A DNA stretch of 64,000 nt from Fistulifera solaris (Eukaryota). Made by a program: the position numbers and the translations under genes. The stretch spans positions 806,001 to 870,000 of the forward strand of contig AP026129.1 of assembly GCA_030295235.1 (NCBI GenBank), read 5' to 3'. Below are positions 25,028 to 39,038 of the stretch, piece by piece. The notes beneath the pieces were generated by a model that was not told where the DNA came from, searched no databases, and worked only from the letters and a program-made list of their open reading frames with translations. Within the stretch, counting starts at the first letter, position 1. Each line of letters starts with the position of its first letter.

Positions 25028-28000
25028 ATGATGCTTTTGATACGACTGCAGACCTTGTGCTTATTCGTCCTGTTGGGACCTGTATCGTCCTTTGAATTCT
25101 CTAATGGAATAATTACTCTACCAGAGTACACACTCCACGCTGACGACGTGACAGCATCTATGAAAGACATTATCTGTCACAACCTGACAGTTGGGGATGT
25201 AGACCTCAACAGTCAAGTCAGAAATGAAATTGTGATGGTTTCGGCTGAACTCAAAGACGTCGGGCTTGTATGCCGAATGGATCTGTCGTTGACGTGGAAT
25301 GACATCCAAGCTGATGCACAAGCGTACATTGAAACAGACAATACAGATGTATCCAGCCAATTTCGATTAAAAGGCGATGTACTGCAGGTCGACGAATGCG
25401 TAGCAACAGTCCGGTTGGAAGAAATGGATATTACTGGAGTGACTGGTCTTTTCGGCGCTTTTGTGGATAGCATGCGTGAGTCGTGGATGACAGGAATAGA
25501 GAATGCTCTTGGGACTATTATTTGTGAACAATTTGAAGCGGAAATACCTAATATTCTGGGGAACAACGTCAAAGATTTATCTGCCCTGTTCGCCCGTCTT
25601 GCGGCTGCCAACGCGCACGAATGGACTCCTTCCTATCAGCAGCTCACCCGTGATTCTCCGCTGGTGCGTCTTGACAAGTATGAGAGTTCCATAGAAATGA
25701 TCACACAATTGGCATGGATGCTTTCAAGCTACTATCTGAATAGTACAAAGGACGATGGCACTCTGGTAGCCAACTCTTTTGCGAGGCAATTATTCCACAA
25801 CAATTCAAATGCATACGAAATGAAAAACTTATTTTACTCCTTCGACCTGAAAAATTCAATGCTTGGTGACTGGGGTCTTGACTCTGTAGAAATAGCAGGC
25901 GGCAGTGTCATTGGTTTGGATAGCGTCGTAAAGTTCAATGGCATCATTCCTACAGGTCCAACCACATTACAAACGTCGGTCGTGCTACAAAAACTTCACA
26001 TCACTCTTGATGCTGTTCTTTACATCAACGAAACGGTCGTCGTGGATGGCACGATTGTTGACTCTACATTGATCGCAGACAGTTTCCAGGTTGATCTCGT
26101 ATTGAGTAATGTCTTTGCAACGATTGATCTAAGAGTGGAGCTTCTGGCTATGTTTTTGGAAGATCTACAGGTCGGGGTCTTACTATCATCACCAAGTATC
26201 TTGACATGTTTGCTAGGAGCAATTAAGAAGGCATCGGTAGCCAATCTGCGCTTCGAGAAACTTGATTATCTGGCGCCAGCAGTGACGGACTTAGATCCCT
26301 TGCTACAAAAACTTCTCAGTGGGTTACTTGATCTCGTAATGGTGAAATATGCCGACGAACTACCTGGTGTGATTGGTCATCTGGTAAATAATGCAGTGCT
26401 TCAGAGTCGGCCACAGTATGAAGGTGATGATAATACTACTTGTGACTTCCCGTCGAAAATAGGTACCAATGCTGAGCATTTGGACTTCCGAGACTTACTG
26501 CTTCCACCTGATAAAGCAGCGGCAGCAGGTGCGACCGGCAATATACCTTATGGTCCTCGAGCGTTCGAAATCAAAGATCATATTGACAACCAGCTGTTAA
26601 AGGCAAATCCTGGAACTGATCGACCATTCCTAAATGACAAGGCGCCAGCTACCACCATGCAATCGGGAATCCCAGGGACTTTTACGTTTACTGGAAGACG
26701 ACCAGTTTTCACTTACGAAAGTAAAATTGCAGTCGGGAATTCCACCATTCCTATTAATTTGGCATTCAAGAATGTCACAATTAACAACCTTAACCATTGG
26801 CTTTCTCCATTGATAATTCTTCAACCTGATCTGAATGAGTCTTCGGGATTGAAGAATCATATTCAGTTTGGAATGGACGGAGACCCAACTCTTACAATCT
26901 CAAGTATTGTTGAACTAAAAATTGATAATGAAATCGCAAATGATTTCGCAGTCAACTTCGAGACCAAATCTCTGAGCTTGCTTGTCGATTTGTTGCTCAA
27001 TGTTCGAGAAGATCCGTTTCTTTTCTACAGAGTCGGGGATTTACAAAAGGTGACTGCCTTGCGTCGCTACTAGAATCGAGTGGAATCCTGGAGAATGTTC
27101 GAACCGAAACAGGGGTCCCACCATTTGATTTGTCCGCTTTTGATATGCAGCTCAAAGGTGTAAAATTAGACGTGCAATGTCAGACATGTAGTGATGGAAC
27201 GACAGAAATGGTTGCCGAAGTCGTGTCAAACATAATCAGAAACGTATTCGCCGATGGCTTGACTTTACACATGGGATACAATCAGCTGGCGGAAAAAGAT
27301 GAAACGCGGAACATTGTATCGGAATTGCTCAATACCATCGAGCGACGATCGCATCTTCTTCGACACTTTTTCGATAAGCTTATCGCTGATTCTCACAAAA
27401 CCTGTGAGAGCAGTCCTGAGTATGATCCAAATGCGAGTTTTGAGAAAGCCAATCTTTTGGAAAACCTGGGTTTCACGCTACAAGAGACATTTGATCGTTC
27501 ACAGCCCGTGAAAGCATCAAAGGAAAACAGAGGGTGCATGATATGCTTAATTGTCCTTATTTGTACTCTGACTTGCGCCTGGATTTCTTTTCAAGCGTTT
27601 TTGCAATATCGGATGCGCGAGGGTCAGCGCGAATGGCTTTACTCTTTAGCCCCTTCCCAACTGATTGCGATTTATGAGGAGCAAGAAAAGTCAAAGTATT
27701 GTGATCAGATGACGAACCAATGCTCCCAGCCGATTTTCTTCTGTGAAAGTATATCCAATCTACGAAAGATCTCAGTTATTGCTGCTTTGATAGGCTCCAT
27801 CGTTCTTTTTCTTCTGGGAATTTCAAGCACGGCTGCGACGATATCATTCGATCTCTACACAAGCAATGCTAAGACATACAGCTTTTCCGTCGATTATACA
27901 CTGATGACAATAGTGGAGCTGACATGGAATTCGGGTGGATTTTTCATGGCTATAGTCATGGCATTTCTTGTTGGACTCTGGCCGATGGTTCGCCAATTTA

Positions 28001-29402
28001 TGACTCTGTTTCTATTGTTTATTCCCTCGACGTATTTTGATGTCACGCAGAGAGGCCAGATCTTGCTCTTACTTGATCGGGTCGGGAAGTTGTCAATGCT
28101 CGGTACGTCACGATATCCCGCGCACTACTGTTTGACAATGTGCAATTATCTCACATTCCTATTTTTAAAACGACAGTCGTATTACTGGGCATGTTAAATA
28201 CGGCTTCATTTTTTACTTCAATCGAAAGCCGTCCTGATTACATTCTTCCGTTCAAGTTGCAGCTAATGTATGTACCGCTTTGGGGGACTTATGCGACATT
28301 CTTGGGCCAACTCATTTCTCATATAATTGCCGGGGCCATTCTTGATTTCCATCACCTATCTCTGAGAGATGCTCAATCGAAGATCAAAGGACCTGGGACA
28401 GTGCCAACGCTGGATGGCAGAGAAGACCTTAGTTCAAATCGTGATGAGGAGGAAATACAGGATGAGGGACATCACCATGATGTTTCAGCTTCTGACGAAA
28501 AAAAGCGGGAAGACATGCATCGCCGTGAATCTAGCTGTTTGGCGACCACTCTGTTTACGAGCGGTACTCCTTCCGGAAACAAAAGGATAGCCGTGCGACC
28601 TTTAGGTCAAAAGCTTCTTCTCACTATGGCCGTCGTCTCAGTTGTGCTTTCATGTGCTGGTAGTGTTATGACGTCCTACTATTCGAACGTGGAAGGTATT
28701 TTGAATGACATCATGGCCTTGGAGCATGTTATACTGAAAATGACGACCGACCATTCTGTCTTTTCTGTCATGGGAGTACTTTTGGATCAAGCCGCATCAT
28801 TGAACCAGCCTCTTCAATATCTCGGACACGGGTTGATGTTATGGTATTTGTTGTTCGGTGTCGTTTTTGCACCAGTGTTCTTGATATCAGTACTGCTCGT
28901 GCAGTGGTTGCTGCCATTGACCGATGCGACGCGTCGAAAGCTTGATCTGGTAATCCAAAGAGTCTTGTCCTGGCAAGCTACCGAAATATACATTGTCGCA
29001 ACCATAGCCGGAGCTTGGCAAATGGATGATTTAGCATACTATATGACCAGCTCTATGTGCTGGGCATTCGATCCACTCATTGAATTTATGGCGCAGAATG
29101 GTTGGATCTCACATGCTCAGTGTTTCGGCGTACAAGGAAACGTGGGTGGCGGAGGAATTGCGCTCTGTTGTGGGTGTGCCCTGCTATTCCTCACACTGAA
29201 CTTTGTTAGCAGCGCCCAGAAGCAAAAGGAGCGCGAATCGGAGCTTCTTGCACTGGCATCAGTGGTTAGAAAGAGCGGTAATTCTGTTGTTGACGGGCAT
29301 GGTGCAGCTCTCTCCAAGGAGATAATTGACGCAATTGATTTATTCCCCCTGCAGTTCACGGACAAGTTCAGTTGGTTGTTACAGGAAGAATCATCAGCAT
29401 AA
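25028..29402 (+). CDS. Large multi-pass membrane protein: signal peptide, beta-rich ectodomain, two PqiA-like TM modules
   Basis: Three ORFs join through an A-run indel near 27045 and intron 28103-28176. The C-terminal half has about 9 hydrophobic segments with LLDRVGKLSML and LSWQATEIYIV, resembling the PqiA W-S-M-x-D/E-V motif. Confidence 0.7.
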
Positions 29403-29441
29403 TAATGTCACAAATACTAGGTCTAAACTGTTTGTATTTTT

Positions 29442-30561
29442 CTATTGTCGGGACAGTACTTGTTGCTCGATCCAGTTCAAGGGAACTTTCGATTTTTGCG
29501 TCACTCGTGTCACACCCCATCGTTCTTGGATTTCCAAGGGTTCTACCAGTATTGGTCCTTCTCGTTGCTTCCAAAAAAGTTGCAAAATTGTAGCGACTGC
29601 TTGAGGTGCTTCATGATTGGGACAGTGGCCGACATCGGATAGTTCGACGTATTGGGCCGTGCACTCGGCTGGCAAGCCATATAAAATCTGTTGTGCAATG
29701 GCAGGCGTACACCAAGGATCATCCGCCCCATACGCGAGTAACACCGGACATTGAAGGCGCGCCAAGCATTGGCGAAACGTTAATGCTTTCTCTGTACCGT
29801 CGTCGCTGCTCTCTAGGAGAGTAATCGGAGGAGACCATAGAATACTCGCGAATGCAGCGTGCCCCCCATTTCCCGTTGTACAAGCATAAATTTGTTCCGC
29901 CAAGTTCCCGTCAAAAGCTTCTTTATTGTGATAGCAGTTCTGTAAAAACAATTGTATCGTCGTTTTGTCGCGCATTCGATCAAACGCCCATCGACCAATG
30001 GCCCGGGGAATGGCCGGCGCCGGTAATGCTCCCGACCAACCGGGCAAATTGAGTCCCCACACCGGTGTAGCATTTAATAAAGAAAGGGTGGCAATGTGAC
30101 CCGGTATTTGTTGTGCAACAAAAACGCACAAATGTCCTCCGACCGAATTACCGACCAAATGCAGTTTTTGCGGCGCGGGGAATTGTGTTTGTATGAAATC
30201 GACAATCTGTTCTACCCATGTATTCCCACTATAGCACAATCCTTTCTCACTGTCCGACATCCCGTCTTGACAGTCAATCGGCCAAGAAGCGCCTTGTCCC
30301 AAGTAGTCAATAGCGTACAGACGATAAGCATCATTGTCGAGTGATTGCATGAGCAACTCTTGATGGAAGGAAGGAACCAACTCCGAAACCATTCAACAAA
30401 AGCACAGGCTGCTGATCGGGTCGGTTCCCATTCTTTTCATAATAAGCAATCGGATGGCCTCGCCAGTTCCAGGTTTGTCGTGTCATTGTGGCGTCTATTG
30501 TGGAGAGACTCGTCGTGCTGATTGGAAGCATCCACAGAAACGGTAGAAGCCATAAATACAT
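29442..30561 (-). CDS. Alpha/beta-fold hydrolase (pheophytinase-like group) with signal peptide
   Basis: PVLLLNGFGVGSF, IDYLGQGAS, nucleophile GNSVGG, YGADDPW, GHCPNHE. Frame broken by a 4-bp TTCC duplication near 30368. Confidence 0.88.
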
Positions 30562-32100
30562 GACGGCGAGCGTGATTTTCGTAAACTACAGTCCCGATTA
30601 TTGATTCCTTTATTGAATATTGGTCTGAGTTTAGCACAAATGAGCTGCTGTTAAATTCATTTTTATAAAACAGGCGATGCGCTAAAAAAAGAAAAAATGG
30701 CTCATTACTTTGTATGCAGTTGTGTACCAGGTTCCGGGTACCTGGTGTGTGCGACGTGCGACCAAACAGCTTAAAATCGTACCGGTATCAAAATGGAAAC
30801 CGAATATTACATTCAAGACACGGCCAGCAAGAACAAAACTAAAAAAAAATAATTGACGTTAACTATCGTGACGGCATTGCTATTGATGTGTAAACGGGTG
30901 TGACTATGTAACGATTAATTTTACTTAAAGACTGGGTATTGATTGTTTATCGCATTGTGTATGAAACAAATGTACCTGGTACTACGTAGTTTATTGGTAA
31001 CAAGCAAGTAAAACGTAAAACAATCAAAGTAAGGTTAGTGTTCATGACTGAAAAGAAGTCGTGGCGATAGGTCTCCTACACCTATGATCATAGTCCTACG
31101 AACGGCAACGATCAGCAAGGATAATCGAAATATAGAACCGAGAAATGCGTTGGAAATATTACTCAAGGATTTTTCATTGTATGGTGGACAATAAAGCTTA
31201 ACAAAGGTTTATTATTTAAACCATACATGATTCGAAAGAAGTCCAGTTCATGACTGAAGAGCAGTCGTGGCGAATTACAGACAACACTTTGAGTCCATAG
31301 TAAATATGGAACTAAACGGTCCGCAAGGATTTTGGACATTATAAATTCGACGAGTTCGTTGCAAAGGCTGCTAATGGTAGTTCCATAAAAATAGACACAG
31401 TTATAGCTTACCAAGCTAGGAGAATCAATGAAACTATCAAAAATTATCGGTTTTTTATCAAGTGAATTGACACGGCCACGATTTCGAAACTTGCTCCGAC
31501 CCGTCTACAGAAACATATTCTGCAGTCGAGGGCGCGACAATGTACAAGAACTTTGCATAGATTCCGTTGAGACTTGTGTTTCATCGATCTCCATGATTTA
31601 AATGATGCTGCTGTTCTTTGGCTGACATTTGCTGCCCTCCCTGAAAGAATTTTTACCTGACAAATGCTTCGGAAGGTATTTTGAACGTGAAAATGACAAA
31701 CATGCAGCTTCATTGATAGGAGTTCGAAACGAAGGTGCGGCAGCAATCGTCGATGGTGTAAAGGGTAATCCATAAGAGGGAACAACTTTCATTCAATATA
31801 TTAATATGGCTTCATAGTTGAAAAACCTTAATGTGAGTCGATCCCAGTGTCAGATTATGGATATCAATTGATTCAGTTGAAGATACTGATGAAGTGGTTT
31901 TGCTTCGCTAAGTACAAACCATTCCTTTCTATGTCCTTTTGCAAGTAAAATCCGTGGAATTTTTCAAGGCGATAGGGAGGAAGAAAAGAAGCCAAGTGCA
32001 TCGCAACTCCATGATTTGCACGTTATTTTTCCGCTGTTTGTGTTCAATTTATGATCTCTCCGATTGATTCACAGAGTATCCTCTTCTCTATACTATCGCG

Positions 32101-32785
32101 ATGAAAGCTAAATTACCGCAATACTCCATGAGATTGGCTGTCTTTGATCTGGATTACACCATTTGGCAACCCGAAATGTATCAGTTGCACGGACGCCCGA
32201 AATTGGTGCCGACGCCAGCGAATCTTTCTTCGAATTTGATAAAGGAAACCCGCACGAAGCACGACGAAATGATTCTGGTGGACTCGAAACGAACCAGCAC
32301 TCTGATGCGGGTCTTTCCTGGAGCGTAAGTTCATCGTCCGATTCGTCTCGTCTTTTACTTTTCCTTTTTCTCACATTTTATTGAATGGAATCCATAATCG
32401 TCATCCCAGAGCATCGGCACTGTACGAAATCAAAGAACTTCGTAAACGAGGTCATGATATTCAGGCGGCTGTCTCGTCACGAACCGACGAACCGGAATGG
32501 GCGCGCATGTGTATGGATCATTTGGTGCTGGACGATGGAGTCACGACGTTGGCCGAATGCTTTGGTCGGCGCGTCGAAATTGGATACAATGACAAATCCC
32601 TGCATTTGCAACGGTTGCATCAAGCGACTGGTGTTTCGTATCACGAAATGTGCTTCTTTGACAATGAGCATTACAATATCAAAGACGTGCAACGAAAACT
32701 GCCGGCCGTTAAGTGCTTCTATACGCCCAACGGCATGTCGGAGAAAGCTTGGGAGGAAGCCAAAAGCGCATTTCGGTGGGAGTAG
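32101..32785 (+). CDS. MDP1: Magnesium-dependent phosphatase 1-like HAD phosphatase
   Basis: VFDLDYTIW, SSRTDEPEWA, KSLH, MCFFDNE, TPNGM. Intron 32325-32409. Confidence 0.88.
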
Positions 32786-33657
32786 TGGAATGATAGAAAG
32801 TGAGCAGAAAGTAACGTATTGAGGACATTCATCGATCTTGACCATCTACAATACTGTGATTTGCAAGCGATAGTACTGGCAAAGTGGCGATTGTTCTCGC
32901 GAACTACCAACATCACATGTAGCACCTCATTTCCACCGCGATTACAACGAAGCAAAATGTGAATGACAATCTTCGATTTCGACTTTACTCTTTGGTTTCC
33001 TGAGATGATTAAAATCAAAGCCCTCCCATGTGGTTTAAGTGGACGAATTCTTCAATGAATACCACTGCATGAAGTCCAAGGTGATCTCAAAATCTCATCT
33101 TGGATGCGAAACATCCCCAGATTCTTGTAGCGGTCTTTACTGAAGCGTATGGAGACTACAGTGTGGTGGTCTTTATAACTCGAACAGAAACTGGAAACGC
33201 GCTAATTTTTATCCTGTCATGTTAGTGAAGGAGAGAATCAGGCTACAATACTCAAGCGACCATTGCCTCCTTGCGATGAACCTCGATGGGCTAATAACAG
33301 CATGAAACATCTTCATCTCGAAGATGGGAGAACCATTGCGGGATACGTCCCCACCAATCTGCGTGAGATTCGAACAGAGTCTCAAGCATGAAAACATTCG
33401 CCTCTTGCACAACGTGACGCGTAAAATTCTCGGAGATGTTTCTCTTCTGCAACGAAATGCATCACATCAAACAAATGCAAAAGGATCTGCAGGGAGTTCA
33501 TTGTTGTAACACGCCGAATGGAATGACTAGTGAAGCTTGATTTGACGCAAAGATGGAGATGGTTTCAAAACACTAGCAATTCCCACGGTATTCACGATGA
33601 AATCTTCTATCGTATAACGTCAGCCTTCAAGAAAAACTAGTCATCAAGTTTATAGGA

Positions 33658-36600
33658 TTACAGTATCAGACATGCTCCGCAACCACTTGCTGCGGCGTCT
33701 TGTGCCTGATTGTCTAACGTGGCCTGTGACTGGGGCGAGACGGGCTGCGGTGGTGGAGTTGTAGGACGAGTTGGGTAGTTACTCGAAAGAATCGCCCCCG
33801 AGGGATCGGGCTTTCTTTTCTCGTCGTAAGACTTATTTGGAGAAATAATGGCCTTGTCATTGTAAGCTTCACGTCTCGGTGACAGGACTTTGCTATCGGC
33901 TGAGCGGCTTCGTTCGAGAAGGGGGTCTTCGAGCGTTCTTTGGGTGCTAGGACTGAGTGCCGATGAAATAAGTGGATTACCGGACGCCTCTTCATTTTTG
34001 ATAGCCATTACCTCATCATCGGGTGCATCTTCGGGGTCTTTGAGATCCAAACGATATGTGTTGGGAGTCATCTCACTAACAACACTTTTGGATTGTTCAT
34101 TGTTTTCTGCGCTAAGTTCCTCCTCTTCAGGGTCGGGTTCTTTTGCGACTATCAGTTCATCCTCAGGTGCGTCTGGCGAATCTCCGGTAGTCCATTGGGA
34201 AGTGTTTAACGTCCTCTTTAAGTCTTCATTGTTCGATGATTCCGCTTGAGCACCGTCAAGGTGATTTTCTTGTAACGGCTCTGTGCTCTGGATTGCTTCT
34301 TCATGGCCCGCCTCATTACCTGGTGTTGCGGTACCACTATCTGGCGAGTTTTTCACTACATCAACTTGGCCTTTGGTCGAGGAGGGTTCCGACACCGGAA
34401 ATTCTGCAACACTAACTGTCAATGTATCCATCGACATCGATTCAACGATTACTTCATCTGATGGAACCTCCGACAACCCCGGCCGAGTACTAGTATTTCG
34501 TTTCACAAATATGCTTGTCAGCATCGGTCCTGGTGCTGTCGACGCGGGCTTTATGTACCCTGGCCCTATGTCTACATCATCGTTCCAAGGTTCAACGTCA
34601 CTCCATGCTTCAGCCATTATTGACTCAGACGCATCCAGAATTTTCGAGTCTCGGGCTTCCGTTTCCAGAAGTACTGCTGAGATATCTGCGTCGAACTGTT
34701 CTGCCATGCCTACATCACCAACAAAGGGGAGACGGGAATGTGCTGTGGACGAACCAGTTCCCCGTCGATCTTCTAGTTCCCTTAGAGAAGTCTCTGGTGG
34801 ATCGATGGATCTATTCACTAAAATTTCAGCCCGTTCTTCTGCGCTATCGGGGTTCGTGAGAAGTTCCTCCGTTGGGGGATCCCTAGGACTAGCTTTTGGA
34901 GTTTGTTTAGCTGTTTCTGTTTCAGGTGATGAGACAATCAGTTCTTCGTTGATAGGACTTGCGTGGTCTTTATTTCCCCTTTCATCTATTGAATCATGCG
35001 TTATCATCTCGTTGTATACATTACGAGCATCATTTTCTTGTATCGGAGAAGCAACTGGGTCGATACCAGTGATCGCCTTATTCTGATTAGCTTGGCCCGC
35101 AGAAACGCTTTCGTTTGATTTTTATAGTTTGCTCGTCTACTTTTCCACCTTCCGCTGTTGAATTGTGCGCGACTACTTCTTCTCCTTTTTCTTCTGGATG
35201 GTCAGCAATCACTGGCGCTTCGTTTTCCTGTGTAATGTCTTGCGCATCCTCTTGTAGCTCGACCTTCTCACTTAATATCATTACTTCCGCGTGCTCGCTA
35301 GCTGCTGTCGACATTTCTGTTTCAGGTACATCGACATTGGAATCTTTTTGTAGCTCGACCGTTGCTAATTCGCCTTCCTCACTTGACACTAATATTTCCG
35401 CTTGCTCCGTAGATTTCGTCGGCATTTCGGTTTCAGGTATATCGACATTGACCTTTGCTTTTTCGACCTTGTCGCTTGGCATTAATAGTTCCCCTTGCTC
35501 CCTAGCTGCTGTCGGCATTTCTGTTTCAGATACATCGACATTGGAATCTTCTTGTAGCTCGACCGTCCTTAATTCGCCTTCCTCACTTGACAGTAATATT
35601 TCCGCTTGCTCCGTAGATTCTTTCGGTATTTCTGTTTCAGGCATATCGACATTTAACGTTTCTTGTAAATCGACAGTTGCACGTTTGTCATTCTCAACTG
35701 TAACTAAATAATCGTTTGCACTCATTGGCGTTTCCGTTTCCTGCTTATTGATCTGAGAAGCGCCTTGTAGCTCGACAGTTACAATCTCGCTCTCCTTATT
35801 CGACGCCAATATCATCTCTTGATTGTTAGATTTAATCGGTGTCTCATTCTCCAGTTCCTTGACGTTCCAATCGTCTTGCACGTCGGCAATCTTACTATCT
35901 CCCAGAAGCGCCACGACAACTTGTTCTTGTTTTGTCGACTCACCCGTAACATCTACGTCCCCTACGTGCTCATACAGATCGGACGGAGCATCTGGAGTTC
36001 TGAACGGTTCACCATCCTTTACATAATCCCGATCATGACTCATTGTAGTGACGGGCGATTCAATCTGATGTTCAACTATGTCGATTACCTCCTCAACTGA
36101 TGAGTCTTTCTCTTTCACGGCCGATTCAACATTGACGGCATTGTCCATTTTGTTTATTAGAGGCTTTTCCGAAAGCAAAGTGACGATATCGTCAATCTTT
36201 TTCTCGGAGATGTTGTTCACTTCCTCACCGTAATCTTCTGTGTCTGATTCTTCTGTAGCGAGTACATCGATTTTCTCTCCTAATCCGCTGTCTTTGTGCG
36301 ACAACGATTCATTCAGCGGAGCATCGATTGTTGCTTGCTTGCTGGTGGTCGCCGGATCCTGAATCTCCAGTGACTTCGCGACATTCATCCGTTCTTCGGG
36401 AAAAGCATTCGAGGCTAAAACATCCACTTTCTCGGTACCCATATCACTCTCGGTCATCACCAAGTCTGGTTCCACGGAAACAGAAGGAAGACTTTCTTGC
36501 ATGAAACTTTCGGCTGGTTCCTTGTTTTTGGTAATTTCATTCAGTGATGTCGCATCCAGAATGGGAGGTTGGAGATGAAGTTCCGCTAGCGGTATTTCTC

Positions 36601-36988
36601 CGCTGGGCAACTGCTCTAGTTCTTGAAACCCGCTCATCGGCTTTGTCACAACTGCATCACTTGTCATGAGCTCATTCTCGATTTCGTTGCCAGCCTCCGA
36701 CGATATGACGGGTACTGCTGACACAACAGCGTCGATACTATCTTCTGCCTTGATTGGATGTATTACCTTCGTTTCGTCGACTTTGGTTGTGTCCTTTGCC
36801 AATATGGTTTCTTCATCGACATCGTCTGTGACCGCTGACGGATCAATGCTCTTCATAGCATGGGGAGCCACTACTTCCGGAGTGGAAGATTCGAGTGTCA
36901 TTTCGGTCGTCTCGTCTTGCGGCGATACGTCTTTCTCCGTTGTGGATTGACTTTGCTTCTTTTTGGATTTATTGCGATGCCGTGACAT
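33658..36988 (-). CDS. ~1100-aa acidic low-complexity protein with internal repeats and a C-terminal CaaX (GCGACLIL)
   Basis: The 633-aa and 449-aa ORFs join by removing one A near 35120. E/S/D/T-rich, with ~37-aa repeats VELQEDSNVDVPETEMPT...EQAEIL.SSEEGEL.T. Confidence 0.7.
35255..35870 (-). repeat. Coding tandem repeats of about 111 bp, roughly 5-6 degenerate copies
   Basis: Recurring TGTAGCTCGAC / ATTTCTGTTTCAG / ATCGACATT blocks. Confidence 0.75.
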
Positions 36989-37470
36989 TCTTTGAGTTGA
37001 TTCTCAAGGAAAAAGATTAATTTGAAATAGTCAACAATGATTTTTTCTCTTTCGTTGGCTGGCAAACTACCAGGTATCGACGGTCAAAGAAGAAGGAGGT
37101 CATCGATCTCGACGGCACTTGTTATTTTTTTTGTCTTTTTCTTTCGTTTCTGCGCTCCGAATTTGTCCACGGCGCCGTTCAGCAAGATTACTTAAGCACA
37201 CAAGGTCTATTGAGAAGAAGAGCGATAGCCGTTGGTAATTTACAATACGAATATATTTAGTTCGACGTATCTTCAACGGATCGTTCTTGCAGTACAGAAA
37301 GCTCCACTGAAATGACCGGTACGACATCATGCAAAGATCTGAGATCCGAGCGCATTTCGTCCGCAATGAATGAGTACCAGGTATGGAGCCAAGAAAGCAA
37401 TCAATCATTCGCATTCATTGCTACTACTATTTTCGGATGCAAATACTTGATTACCTCAAACTTCACGAGA

Positions 37471-38762
37471 ATGACACCAGCAGAAGCAGCCTTAATGGCG
37501 GCGAAATTAGCCGCAGCGGAGCAGCCCGACGCGCAGCAACAACTCATCACGCAATTCGCTCACGCGGGTGTTTCGTTTCCTTCTTTTACGAATTGTCCCT
37601 TATCACCGCCTCTGCATTTCGCCACGACCTATACACGTCCCGTGGAAGGTCTATATCTTCCCACGGACGCGATTTATGCGCGTCTGGACAATCCGACGCG
37701 TCTCACACTCGAGACCGAAGTGTTTCAATTGGAGACGGCCAATTTGGCAATCGCATCACCAGACGATCCTCAGTTGCGATCTTTGGCATTTGCTTCGGGA
37801 ATGATGGCGATCTCTTCCATTATATTGGCGCACCAGAGTCCTTTAATCGTCATGGTACCGCAGGATACCTACCACGGCGTACCGACCGTTCTCATGGACG
37901 TTTTTGCACGATTTCAGGTCGAACTGCGCAAGGTCGACATGAACGACATTGGCGCATTCAAAAAGGCCCTCCGGGCCGTTGATTCCAGTCAAGTGCAATT
38001 GATTGTGTGGATGGAAACACCATCGAATCCGCAATGTCATGTCTTGGATATAGCCAAGCTCAGTCAATTGGCGCATCAGTATCATAACACACAAGTGACT
38101 TGTGTCGTCGATAGTACACTGCATCCCTTACAACAACCACTGCAATATCGAGACGTGGATATATGTGTGCATGCGGCAACCAAGTATTTGGCGGGACATT
38201 CCGATGCCTTGCTGGGAGTGGTGACCACCTTGCGACCGGATTTGTTTCGGAAACTACATCAAGTACAACACACGGTCGGGGGAGTCGCTGCCCCGATGGA
38301 TTGCTGGTTAACCATGCGGGGATTGCGAACTCTGGTGTTGAGGTTTCAGCAACAATCCGATAATGCGTTGCGACTGGCACAGTTTTTCCAAAATCAAATC
38401 ATTTCAAAGAGCTGCACGTCTTTGCAAAAGTGTACTATCCGGGGCTGCCCAGTCATTCACAACACACGCTAGCAGTGACGCAAATGAAGACGCGAGGTGG
38501 TTATGGAGGTGTCTTGTCGGTCGAATTTAGTTCGGAAGCATTCGCCATGGCGTGGGTCGCCGCCTTGCAGGTAGCGTACTCTGCCACTAGTTTGGGAGGA
38601 ACGGAAACCTTGGTCGAGCATCGGGCTAGCATTGAACCACCGGGTCGTGTGGTGAGTCCGATTGGACTCGTCCGTATCTCGGTGGGATTGGAAAATGTGC
38701 AGGACTTGCTCCGGGATTTCGCCAAAGCACTCCGGATTGCCACTCAAGTCTTGTCGGCGTAG
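37471..38762 (+). CDS. PLP-dependent trans-sulfuration enzyme (cystathionine gamma-synthase/lyase or methionine gamma-lyase family)
   Basis: YARLDNPTR, FASGMMA, WMETPSNP, VVDST, HAATKYLAGHSD (PLP Lys), RGLRTL, YYPGL, ATSLGGTETL, RISVGLE. One indel near 38392. Confidence 0.92.
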
Positions 38763-39038
38763 ACACAATTAATTACTGTGGTGGTGTGTATCAATAAACT
38801 AATAGTTTCCTATGCAGTCTTACAAAGATTAAAGGAAAATATCGGTACAAAGTAAGATTAGATAATCTGGACTCGACGGCTATGAACCTATCGTCGACTA
38901 TCAGTAAATCTAGCTTCGACTGTCAGATAATCTCTTTGGAAGCATAAAGAAATATATTTACCACGCTCTATTCTCTTTATCATTAAGGTATGCAAAAGAG
39001 CGACGTAGTCAAACAGAGGAGTCATCATCGGACGAATT

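Noticed and set aside
30600..32050. Possible gene remnant in the long intergenic region (likewise 32900-33550 and 58370-58810)
   Set aside because: Only short open stretches with no recognisable motif, so no call can be supported.
33890..35711. Long plus-strand Ser-rich ORFs
   Set aside because: Antisense shadows of the acidic minus-strand gene.
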